Positions 19,311 to 27,762 of a stretch of DNA of 64,000 nucleotides are shown piece by piece. The notes under the pieces are model-generated. The model did no database searches. It saw only the letters and a program-made list of their open reading frames with translations, and had not been told where the DNA came from. Both the position numbers and the translations under genes were made by a program. Origin of the DNA: an uncultured Nitrospiraceae bacterium (lineage in GTDB: Bacteria; Nitrospirota; Nitrospiria; Nitrospirales; Nitrospiraceae); NCBI GenBank assembly GCA_963846575.1, contig CAWJWJ010000002.1, positions 1,184,001 through 1,248,000 on the forward strand. The letters run 5' to 3'. Every line of letters starts with the position of its first letter. Positions within the stretch are counted from its first letter, which is position 1.

Positions 19311-20246
19311 CTATTCCAGGCGATAGCCGATGGGCAGTTGTACAACGATGTCTGGTTGGCCGAGCGGATGCTTCAACGGGATCGGAGAGGTACGCTTGAG
19401 GAGTGCGATGGCGTCGTGATCCAGGGTCGGATGTCCCGAGCTTTCGATCACGGTGACCTCCCCCACATGGCCATCTTCTCTCACGACCGCCTGCAGCAGC
19501 ACGTGGCCTTCCAATCCGTCGGTTTTGGCTGTCTGAGGGTATCGCTTGAGTTGTTCCACCCTCGTGAACAGAACCTGTGCGAGCCACGAATAATCGGCGT
19601 GAATTGTCTGCGTCACGGACGGATCGCGATCCTGTGGAAGGGGGCGGCGGGCGATCCGGACCCTCTCCTCAATCGAAGGTTCGGATGCCAACCGTGATGG
19701 CTCTGCTACGTCCACCGCAGGAGGGGGAATGTCTGCGGAGACCGGCTCATCTGCCGGAACAATCGCGGTCGATTCCGGTGCGCTGTGGCTGGAGTCGGTC
19801 CGGGGACTCGACGGCTCGGTCATGGCCATGTCCCGGGAAGGCGGTGCGTGGTGAGTCGGCTTGCGTGGAAGCAAGGGAGTTCGTTTGGAGGACTCCGCGC
19901 GGGGAGGTTCATCGATCGGCAGGTTGGAAGGTGCCGCCCCCTGTAAGGAACTCGCGAGGATCGGTTCATGAGGCGCCGTTTCAGAAAGCCCGGATGCGGA
20001 TGCGCTCCCTTGAGTGGTCACCAGGCGGCGGGTGGAGGCGGCAGGGACCGGCGTCGGCAGATCGGAACTGATCGGTTCCGGATGGGGGGCGGAGATCAGC
20101 GACACGTCCCATTGAAAGGACCGTTCGCGAGGGAGAACCGTAAAGTCCGCCGCCAGCACCACTGCAGTGCCGACGCCAAGGGCATGCAGCAAGAGGGATA
20201 ACATCCAGCCCCCGATCCTGGGCAGGGCGTCACGATTGACGCTCAT
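19311..20246 (-). CDS. tonB: second TonB-family energy transducer
   Basis: SLLLH TM motif, Pro/Ser-rich linker, and YP..A...G.EG.V...SSG...LD C-terminal domain. Confidence 0.9.
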   Translation of the reverse strand: MSVNRDALPRIGGWMLSLLLHALGVGTAVVLAADFTVLPRERSFQWDVSLISAPHPEPISSDLPTPVPAASTRRLVTTQGSASASGLSETAPHEPILASSLQGAAPSNLPIDEPPRAESSKRTPLLPRKPTHHAPPSRDMAMTEPSSPRTDSSHSAPESTAIVPADEPVSADIPPPAVDVAEPSRLASEPSIEERVRIARRPLPQDRDPSVTQTIHADYSWLAQVLFTRVEQLKRYPQTAKTDGLEGHVLLQAVVREDGHVGEVTVIESSGHPTLDHDAIALLKRTSPIPLKHPLGQPDIVVQLPIGYRLE

Positions 20247-20758
20247 CGGAGTCCTACCTGCACAACCTGTTGCCTTCGAAATTCGGAAGGCGAGCAGCCC
20301 ATGACACGTTTGAAGAAGTGACTGAATGCGAAGGAGTCACTGAATCCAAGCCGCTCCGCTATATGAGCAAGCGGGAGGTCATGATCCCGTAACAGGCCGG
20401 TTGCCCTGGTGATCCGGAGAGTTTTGACATAATGCGAGAAACACACACCCATCCGAACGCGGAAGAACTCAGAACAATACTTCTGGGAATAGCCGAGAAA
20501 GTTTGACAGGTCTTTGAGGGTGACTCGTTCTTTCAGATGCTCGGAGAGAAAAGTTTGCAAGCGCTGTTGCATGCTGTCGGAAGAGGTCGCCGGTCCCCCG
20601 GCTTGTGTGCGGGCAAGGGGAGTCGGAATCCTGACCTCATGAATCGGGAGTGGTTCATGCGGTTCGGCCGCACGTGCCGGGCACAATCGCGGGCTGACCT
20701 GCTGTCGGGTATCCGGACGGTCGGTGTGAAGATCCCGGGATAACGCTTGTATCATCAT
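20243..20758 (-). CDS. AraC-family regulator (HTH domain only)
   Basis: C-terminal IAERLGFSDSFAFSHFFKRVMGCSPSEFR signature, AAGGA RBS, and ATGA overlap with tonB2. Confidence 0.85.
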   Translation of the reverse strand: MMIQALSRDLHTDRPDTRQQVSPRLCPARAAEPHEPLPIHEVRIPTPLARTQAGGPATSSDSMQQRLQTFLSEHLKERVTLKDLSNFLGYSQKYCSEFFRVRMGVCFSHYVKTLRITRATGLLRDHDLPLAHIAERLGFSDSFAFSHFFKRVMGCSPSEFRRQQVVQVGLR

Positions 20759-20788
20759 CTATTTCATTCCTTTTTATTCGTCATGAAC

Positions 20789-20819
20789 AAAAAAGCCCAC
20801 GATCGTAAGACCGTGGGCT
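20789..20819 (-). terminator. intrinsic terminator
   Basis: Minus strand reads AGCCCACGGUC-UUAC-GAUCGUGGGCU followed by a U-run: an 11-bp stem with one G-U pair. Confidence 0.8.
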
Positions 20820-20885
20820 CTGGGAATTGGATTCCTCGGGCCTCTGCTGGCTGTCGGTGCAGAGACGAACTTCGTATTGAGTATG
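20789..20885 (-). ncRNA. candidate Fur-regulated small RNA or attenuator leader (~97 nt)
   Basis: Bounded by a sigma70 promoter with a Fur box and by an intrinsic terminator. Internal stem GUCUCUGC/GCAGAGGC. Confidence 0.5.
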
Positions 20886-20895
20886 GTTCTCAATA
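20875..20895. promoter_or_regulatory. Fur-box-like palindrome TATTGAG-N7-CTCAATA
   Basis: Perfect 7-bp inverted repeat overlapping the -10/+1 region of the leftward promoter, inside an iron-uptake locus. Confidence 0.7.
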
Positions 20896-20919
20896 TCACA
20901 AAGAATCTGATCCTGTCAA
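20892..20919 (-). promoter_or_regulatory. sigma70 promoter TTGACA-N16-GATATT (preceded by TG)
   Basis: Minus strand reads TTGACAggatcagattcttTGtGATATT. Confidence 0.65.
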
Positions 20920-21287
20920 GCCGGACGGGATAGGAACTCTTCACGGAAAGATGTGCGGCCGCTCGTAGAGGGGGGTGGGGCTGATCTCGATCGCGCCCGC
21001 TTCGCTCACGGATCCTCGGGCTGGATCTCTCCCATCAGCAGTGGAGGCTTCCCACGCGAGGCAAAGTTTTCCCTGCAGGGTACCCGCCAATCACGGACCG
21101 CCCGATTTGCCGGTCAGATTGCCTTTCACACCCTGTTGCGAAGTCCCGGCGTTCACTCCAGCTTCCCGGGAGTTCCATTGACCCGGTTGTTCCTTCGGTC
21201 ATGGATCGAGGTCCTTCACCCGGTAATAAGTATTTCCCGAATGAACCGATTCAGGAAATTGAACATGCCAATCGGAGAAAACGGCTG

Positions 21288-21312
21288 TGCAAGATTTCCA
21301 TTCGTCTGCGTC
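21288..21312 (+). promoter_or_regulatory. putative ECF-sigma promoter for the NRPS operon (TGCAAGAT-N13-CGTC)
   Basis: Matches the receptor promoter and lies about 40 nt upstream of the first NRPS start. Confidence 0.65.
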
Positions 21313-21350
21313 TTCTAAGTTAGGTCGTCACACGCAACGAGCTCGGAAAC

Positions 21351-24300
21351 ATGTGCACAATGTTGAGACAACCACCTTCCGGCAAGCGTCACACCGTGAT
21401 CGATATTCTTCGCGCGCGGGACTCCTCGACCCCCGCGCGCAGAGCCTATACGTATTTGCGTGATGGAGAGACCGACGAACAATGGCTTGACTATCACGAA
21501 CTGGACCGCCGCGCCCGGGGGATCGCGGCCTGGTTGCAATCCTATGGGGCCGCCGGCGAACGCGCCCTCCTGTTGTATCCTCCCGGTCTGGACTACCTTG
21601 CGGCCTTTTTCGGCTGCCTCTATGCCGGAGTGATTGCAGTGCCGGCCTATCCCCCCCAACGGGAACGGGGCATGCCTCGCGTGCTGTCCATACTCCAGGA
21701 TTCACGGGCTGCCTATGCGTTGACCACCCACTCCATCCATCAGGCCATCGGAAGGCTCTCGCCGCGCGACGGTGGACTCGAGCAGCTTGCCGGGCTGCGG
21801 TGGCTGACTACCGATACCGGCGAACCCGGCGCCGAAGACTCCTGGCAGCACCCCGACATCGACGCGGATACCCTGGCATTCCTCCAATACACATCCGGCT
21901 CGACCGGCCAGCCGAAGGGCGTCATGGTCAGCCATGCCAACCTGTTGCATAACCAGCGAATGATTCAGGACGCTTTCGGCCATACGGAACGGGACTGCAT
22001 CGTGGGGTGGTTGCCCCTCTACCATGATATGGGGCTGATCGGGAATGTGCTGCAGCCGCTGTTCCTCGGTGTCCCTTGCGTGCTCATGTCGCCGATACAT
22101 GTCCTGCAAAAGCCGGTGCGTTGGCTGTCCGCGATTTCGCGGTACCGTGCGACCACCAGCGGGGGGCCCAATTTCGCCTTCGATCTCTGCGTGCGCCAGA
22201 TCACGCCCTCACAGCGGGCTTCGTTGGATTTGAGTAGCTGGACGGTGGCGTTTAACGGAGCAGAGCCTGTTCGAGCCGGCACCATCGAACAATTCGCTCG
22301 AACGTTTGCCGGGTGTGGATTCAGGCGGGAGGCGTTTTATCCCTGTTACGGACTGGCCGAGGCAACCCTCCTGGTCGCTGGTGGGACCGCCAACGCTCCA
22401 CCCGTGACGCGAGAGTTCGATCAGTCAGGTCTCAATCTCCATGCCGGGACACAACCGATGGGGACGGGTCATCCCACGCCGGTGCTCGTAGGTTCCGGTG
22501 TCGCCCGGCTCGAACAACTGATTCGCATTGTCCGTCCGGAATCAAGCACCTCCTGCCCGGATGGTCAGGTCGGAGAGATCTGGGTCAGCGGGCCGAGTGT
22601 CGCGCAGGGGTATTGGGGACAGGAACTGGAAACGTGCGCAACCTTTATGGCCAGGCTTGCCGATACCGGAGAGGGCCCGTTTTTACGCACGGGGGATCTG
22701 GGGTTCGTGCACGAAGGCGAACTGTTCGTCACCGGCCGGTTGAAAGATCTCATCATCATTCGTGGGCGCAACCACTATCCGCAGGACATCGAACGTACCG
22801 TGGAGGACAGCCATCCGGCGCTCAGGCCCGGCGGGGGAGCGGCCTTTTCCGTCGTGGAAAGGGACGAGGAACAGTTGGTTGTAGTCCAGGAGATCGAACT
22901 CCGTGCCCGGAACATCAACCATGACGCGATCATGGCTGACATTCGCCGGGCCGTGACGAGACAGCATGAAGTGCCGGTCTTTGCCGTCGTCCTCATCAAG
23001 GCGGGGCATCTGCCCAAGACGTCCAGTGGAAAGGTCCAGCGAAGCCTCTGCCGCACCAGATTCCTCGAACAGGCCTTCGAGGTGATCGGGCAGGCCCTTG
23101 CCCCCGCACCATTACAGGCCGGCGACCTCAGCACATCATTCGAGGCGGTCAGGCGAGGCGGGGTGGCATCGGAAAGGAATCTTGACCAGCTCGTCACGGA
23201 GATCTGGGCGGGGGTATTGAATCAACCGAACATCGGACCACAAGACGATTTCTTCGCGCTGGGCGGCGATTCGCTACGCGGCACGCAGGTGCTGGCCCGC
23301 CTGCGTGAGGAGGGCCGGATCGAGGTGCCCTTGGAGACGCTGTTCGATTTTCCGACTCTGGCGGACTTCGTCAGCCACATCGGGACCAGGACGCCCGCTG
23401 CTCCTGCCGAGGACGGCGTCGCGATGCGGCCCGCTCGGCCGGAGGATCCACAGCCGCTCTCGCGGACTCAGGAGCGCTTCTGGTTTCTCGAGCAACTCTC
23501 ACCTGGCACTCCCGTCAACAATGTTCCCGTCGCGCTGAGGCTGCAGGGGCGACTCGATGTCGAGACCCTTCGCCGTTCCCTGCAGGAAATTTTACGGCGC
23601 CATGACATCCTCCGGGCCCGGTGCATACTCCGTGACGGTCGACCGGCACAGATCATCGCGCCGACTCTCGACCTTTCTCTGGCCGTCGAGGAGTTGATCC
23701 CGATAGGCGAAACGGATCCGGAGCGCCAGCTCCGGCAGGCACTCGATCAAGAGGCGGTCCAGCCGTTCGATCTGATGACGGGGCCTTTGCTCCGGCTCCG
23801 TCTATTCCGGATGGCGGACTGGGATCATGTCTTGTCGCTGACGCTGCATCACATCGTGACAGACGGCTGGTCGATGGGAATCGTCAGTCGCGAGTTGGCC
23901 GCGCTGTACGAGGCCTTTGTGAACCGCCGTGTATCTCCGCTTCCCCCTCTTCCCATCCAGTATCTCGACGTGGTGGCGGGTGAGCGCGAGGATCACCGGG
24001 AAGCGCTCTACAGAAGGCAGATCGAATATTGGCGACAGCGTCTGGAGGATGTTCCCGCCCTATTGAGGCTGCCATACGATCGGGCGCGGCCGGAGGTGCA
24101 GAACTATCGTGGGGCGCGTCACCGCTGGACGGTGGAGGCGGCGCTCGTGCGCAGGCTGCAGAACATCGGGCATCAGCAGCGGGCGACGTTGTTCATGACG
24201 CTGTTGGCGGCCTTCGACGTGCTCTTATCCCGCTACAGCGGCCAGGCGGACTTCTGCGTGGGCACGCCGGTGGCCAATCGAAACCGGATGGACTGGGAGC

Positions 24301-27110
24301 CGCTGGTCGGCTGCTTCGTCAACACCGTCGCTCTTCGTGCCGATCTGTCGGGCAATCCTTCCTTCACCGCCTTCCTCGCGCAAGTCCGGGCGACCGTACT
24401 GGGCGCACAGGCCCATCAGGAGGTTCCGTTTGAACGGGTCGTCGATGACCTACGGGTCGCGCGAGACCTGGGGCATACGCCGCTTTTTCAAGTGATGTTC
24501 CTGTTGGAGGACCGTCTCTCGGACCTGCCATCGTTCGGATCTCTATCGACCGGCAGGATGGAGGTGAACACCCGGACCTCGGTGTTCGATCTCACCGTGG
24601 AAATGGTCCTCGGTGCCGACGGCGGCCTGACCGCGGTGTTTGAATACAGTATCGAGTTGTTCGATCGCGACAGGATCGTGCGCCTCGCCGGACACTTTCA
24701 TACGCTGCTGAATGAAATCGCCACCGCCCCGGAGTCGCGGATTGGCGATCTGACGCTGCTCACGGCGCATGAAACCCGTCAGGTTCTCGTTGAGTGCAAC
24801 AACACCCGCGCGTCCTATCCGGAAGAGTCATGCCTGCATCAATTGATGGAGGACAGGGTGTCCCGGACCCCGGACGCCGTGGCCCTGTCCTGCGAGGGGC
24901 GGTCCTATACCTACGCCGAGCTCAATCGCAGGTCGAATCAACTCGCGCGCTATCTCCGTGCGCACAAGGCCGGTCCGGAAACTCCGGTCGCCCTCTGCGT
25001 CGAACGATCGCTCGAGATGGTGGTCGGCCTATGGGCCACTCTCAAGGCCGGTGCGGCCTATGTGCCCATCGATCCTGCCTATCCACGATCCCGACAGGTC
25101 GCGATTCTCGAGGACGTGCAACCGAAATTGGTCCTGACGCAACAGCAGTTCGCGAATGATCTGTCACGAAGCGGCGCTCCCGTTTGTGCGATGGACTCCG
25201 GATGGGCCGCGGCAGCCGGGTATCCTGACGGCAATCTGCCCAACCTTTCCCGTCCCGATAATCTGGCCTACCTCCTGTACACCTCGGGAACGACCGGGCA
25301 ACCCAAGGGGACCGGCATTTCGCACCGCGCACTGGTCAACCACAGCATTGCCATCGCGGCACGGTATGGTCTTGTCCCGACCGATCGGGTGCTCCAATTC
25401 GCTTCGGTCAGTTTCGACGTCGCGGCGGAGGAATGTTTTCCGTCATGGCTCGCGGGGGCGACGGTGGTGGTGCGGCCCAATGCGCCTCTGCCGGCATTTT
25501 CTGATTTTCACGCCTTTCTCCGCGAGCAGCGGCTCACGGTCCTGAACCTGCCGACGCCTTACTGGGCCGGATGGGTGGACGAGATCGACAGGACCGGCCT
25601 GGCGATCCCGGCGGAGCTCAGGCTGATCGTGGTGGGGAGCGAAAAGGCCTTGCCTGAGAGCGTCATGAGGTGGCAGCGGGTTGCGGGGCCCCAGATCGGG
25701 TGGTGCAATTCGTATGGACCGACGGAAGCCACCATCACCGCGAGTTGTTATGTCCCGGAGCCGGACATGGATTGGACTCGCGCCCTCACTGTCCCGATCG
25801 GCCGGCCGATCGCGAATGTTGAACTCTACCTGCTGGATTCCCATCTCCGGCCCGTTCCCCTGGGAGTGCCGGGAGAACTCTATATCGGCGGAGCCGGCCT
25901 CGCTCGCGGGTACCATCGGTTGCCGGCGTTGACCGCCGGGAGATTCGTTCCCCATCCGTTCAGTTCACGTCCGGGAGAGCGCTTGTATCGAACCGGGGAC
26001 CGCGCCCGCCGACGGCCGGAGGGTGAGGTCGAGTTTCTGGGCCGCGTCGACGAGCAGGTGAAGGTTCGCGGCCATCGTATTGAACTCGGGGACATCGAGT
26101 GCCATGCGCGCCAACATCCGGACGTGAAGGAGTGCCGGGTGTTCCTGGAAGAGGGCGCTCTCCCGGAGTGGGCTGCACTCCTCAGCGGCGTGAGCCTGCA
26201 GGACCAGGAACGGATGCTCCGGGACGTCGAAAGCGTGACGGCGGCGGAGGCCCAATGGCTTCACCGAGTGGAATCGGATGCGGAGGAACGGAGGAAGACG
26301 GTGATTCAGAGAAAACCGGAGTTCGATGTGTACCTGAAAATTCATCACGGGGAGTTTGTGACTCCGCCGAAACAGAATCAGCGCAATTGGCTGCTGCGGC
26401 GGGCCCTCGACGAATTTTCAGATGATCTCGTGGCGCTCGACGCGATCTCAAAACGGTTGGTTTCCGGCTCCGAGCGGGTGGGCATCGAACAGGGGTGGAC
26501 GGGGAGCAGGGCCGATTATACACCGACCGAGCTCATCATCGAAGGACAGCAGGTGATGCAGGATTGGGAAGCGCCGTTGATGAAGGCGATGGCTGACATC
26601 GCCACCGAATCCCAGGGCGACGTGCTCGAGGTCGGATTCGGAATGGGCATCTCGGCCTCCTACATTCAGGCTGGACGACCGCGTTCCCACACCATCATTG
26701 AGTGCAACCAGGATGTCATGCAGGCGTTCGTCGCATGGTCCGCCGGATACCCCGATCGCGACATCCGGCTCGTCCAGGGCCGTTGGCAGGATGTGGTCGA
26801 TGGACTGGGCCGGTTCGACAGCGTGTTTTTCGATACCTACCCGGCCAGTGAAGCTGAATTCGAAGAATCGGTCATCAACAGTATCAACTTTGCCGAAGCG
26901 TTTGTGCCTGCTGCCGCCGGATTGCTGCGTCCGGGCGGGGTGTTTACGTATTACACGAATGAAATCGACTCCTTCAGCAGGCGGCATCAACGATTCCTGT
27001 TCCAACACTTCAGCTCCTTCACCCTCAGCATCGTGCGATCACTGCTACCGCCGGATGATTGCCACTATTGGTGGGCCGATTCGATGGCGGTGGTCAAGGC
27101 GGTGAAATGA
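21351..27110 (+). CDS. NRPS 1: FAAL-ACP-C-A(core, Arg-like)-insert-methyltransferase (GAMT/Rmt2-like)
   Basis: FAAL motifs (LQYTSGSTG.PKGV, WLPLYHDMGLIG), GGDSL ACP and HHIVTDG C domain. A motifs run up to a8 (GRVDEQVKVRGHRIELG), then VLEVGFGMG...HTIIECN...FDTYP. Confidence 0.93.
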   Translation: MCTMLRQPPSGKRHTVIDILRARDSSTPARRAYTYLRDGETDEQWLDYHELDRRARGIAAWLQSYGAAGERALLLYPPGLDYLAAFFGCLYAGVIAVPAYPPQRERGMPRVLSILQDSRAAYALTTHSIHQAIGRLSPRDGGLEQLAGLRWLTTDTGEPGAEDSWQHPDIDADTLAFLQYTSGSTGQPKGVMVSHANLLHNQRMIQDAFGHTERDCIVGWLPLYHDMGLIGNVLQPLFLGVPCVLMSPIHVLQKPVRWLSAISRYRATTSGGPNFAFDLCVRQITPSQRASLDLSSWTVAFNGAEPVRAGTIEQFARTFAGCGFRREAFYPCYGLAEATLLVAGGTANAPPVTREFDQSGLNLHAGTQPMGTGHPTPVLVGSGVARLEQLIRIVRPESSTSCPDGQVGEIWVSGPSVAQGYWGQELETCATFMARLADTGEGPFLRTGDLGFVHEGELFVTGRLKDLIIIRGRNHYPQDIERTVEDSHPALRPGGGAAFSVVERDEEQLVVVQEIELRARNINHDAIMADIRRAVTRQHEVPVFAVVLIKAGHLPKTSSGKVQRSLCRTRFLEQAFEVIGQALAPAPLQAGDLSTSFEAVRRGGVASERNLDQLVTEIWAGVLNQPNIGPQDDFFALGGDSLRGTQVLARLREEGRIEVPLETLFDFPTLADFVSHIGTRTPAAPAEDGVAMRPARPEDPQPLSRTQERFWFLEQLSPGTPVNNVPVALRLQGRLDVETLRRSLQEILRRHDILRARCILRDGRPAQIIAPTLDLSLAVEELIPIGETDPERQLRQALDQEAVQPFDLMTGPLLRLRLFRMADWDHVLSLTLHHIVTDGWSMGIVSRELAALYEAFVNRRVSPLPPLPIQYLDVVAGEREDHREALYRRQIEYWRQRLEDVPALLRLPYDRARPEVQNYRGARHRWTVEAALVRRLQNIGHQQRATLFMTLLAAFDVLLSRYSGQADFCVGTPVANRNRMDWEPLVGCFVNTVALRADLSGNPSFTAFLAQVRATVLGAQAHQEVPFERVVDDLRVARDLGHTPLFQVMFLLEDRLSDLPSFGSLSTGRMEVNTRTSVFDLTVEMVLGADGGLTAVFEYSIELFDRDRIVRLAGHFHTLLNEIATAPESRIGDLTLLTAHETRQVLVECNNTRASYPEESCLHQLMEDRVSRTPDAVALSCEGRSYTYAELNRRSNQLARYLRAHKAGPETPVALCVERSLEMVVGLWATLKAGAAYVPIDPAYPRSRQVAILEDVQPKLVLTQQQFANDLSRSGAPVCAMDSGWAAAAGYPDGNLPNLSRPDNLAYLLYTSGTTGQPKGTGISHRALVNHSIAIAARYGLVPTDRVLQFASVSFDVAAEECFPSWLAGATVVVRPNAPLPAFSDFHAFLREQRLTVLNLPTPYWAGWVDEIDRTGLAIPAELRLIVVGSEKALPESVMRWQRVAGPQIGWCNSYGPTEATITASCYVPEPDMDWTRALTVPIGRPIANVELYLLDSHLRPVPLGVPGELYIGGAGLARGYHRLPALTAGRFVPHPFSSRPGERLYRTGDRARRRPEGEVEFLGRVDEQVKVRGHRIELGDIECHARQHPDVKECRVFLEEGALPEWAALLSGVSLQDQERMLRDVESVTAAEAQWLHRVESDAEERRKTVIQRKPEFDVYLKIHHGEFVTPPKQNQRNWLLRRALDEFSDDLVALDAISKRLVSGSERVGIEQGWTGSRADYTPTELIIEGQQVMQDWEAPLMKAMADIATESQGDVLEVGFGMGISASYIQAGRPRSHTIIECNQDVMQAFVAWSAGYPDRDIRLVQGRWQDVVDGLGRFDSVFFDTYPASEAEFEESVINSINFAEAFVPAAAGLLRPGGVFTYYTNEIDSFSRRHQRFLFQHFSSFTLSIVRSLLPPDDCHYWWADSMAVVKAVK

Positions 27111-27111
27111 C

Positions 27112-27762
27112 ATGGCGACCATTCTTGAACGCATCGACCGGCTTTCCGAGGCCCAACGCGCCTTGCTCCGGCTCCGGCTGGGAGGGACAGAACGGGCGAC
27201 GGCGGGCGAATCGCGCCTGGTCGGGTACATCGTCCCGCGCGGGGAGCGGAGGGACCTCGCTCCTGACCTGCGTGAATTTCTCCGCGAGCGTCTTCCGGAT
27301 TACATGGTGCCCGGTGCCTGGATCGTCATCGACTCGTTCCCCATGACCTCCCGGGGGAAGGTGGATCGAGCCGCCTTGCAGGGGATGGCCCGGTCGGCCT
27401 GGCCCGCGGAGTCCCGCGGAGGAGTCCCTCGAAACGATTGCGAGCGGGCCATTGCGGACATCTGGAAAGAGGTGCTCGGCCTGCCCGTCATGGGGCTGCA
27501 AGACAACTTTTTCGATTTGGGGGGCCACTCCCTGCTGCTGCCGAAAGTCCTCGCCAGGGTGCGCGAGCTGGCGCAGCGGGAGGTTTCGATGGTGGATCTG
27601 TTCCGCTATCCGACGGTGCAGGCACTTGCCGCCTATGTGGCGGGTGAATCGCGACCCGTCGAGGAGGGCGACAGCGGTGATCACGCGAAGGGCAAGCGGG
27701 AGGCCGGGATCCGCCGGATGACACAACGGCGGCGGAGACAGGCGGCGTTGAGGAGCGAATGA
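27112..27762 (+). CDS. stand-alone A-subdomain (a9-a10) plus PCP protein completing module 1
   Basis: RLVGYIVP, LPDYMVP and P(M)TSRGKVDR with the a10 Lys, then DNFFDLGGHSL. Docking-like N-terminus. Confidence 0.9.
   Translation: MATILERIDRLSEAQRALLRLRLGGTERATAGESRLVGYIVPRGERRDLAPDLREFLRERLPDYMVPGAWIVIDSFPMTSRGKVDRAALQGMARSAWPAESRGGVPRNDCERAIADIWKEVLGLPVMGLQDNFFDLGGHSLLLPKVLARVRELAQREVSMVDLFRYPTVQALAAYVAGESRPVEEGDSGDHAKGKREAGIRRMTQRRRRQAALRSE

Noticed and set aside
27100..27120. Simple frameshift error joining NRPS1 and the A-sub/PCP ORF
   Set aside because: The MT ends cleanly at a stop and the next ORF has its own ATG and a docking-like helix. An error is judged less likely but is not excluded without reads.
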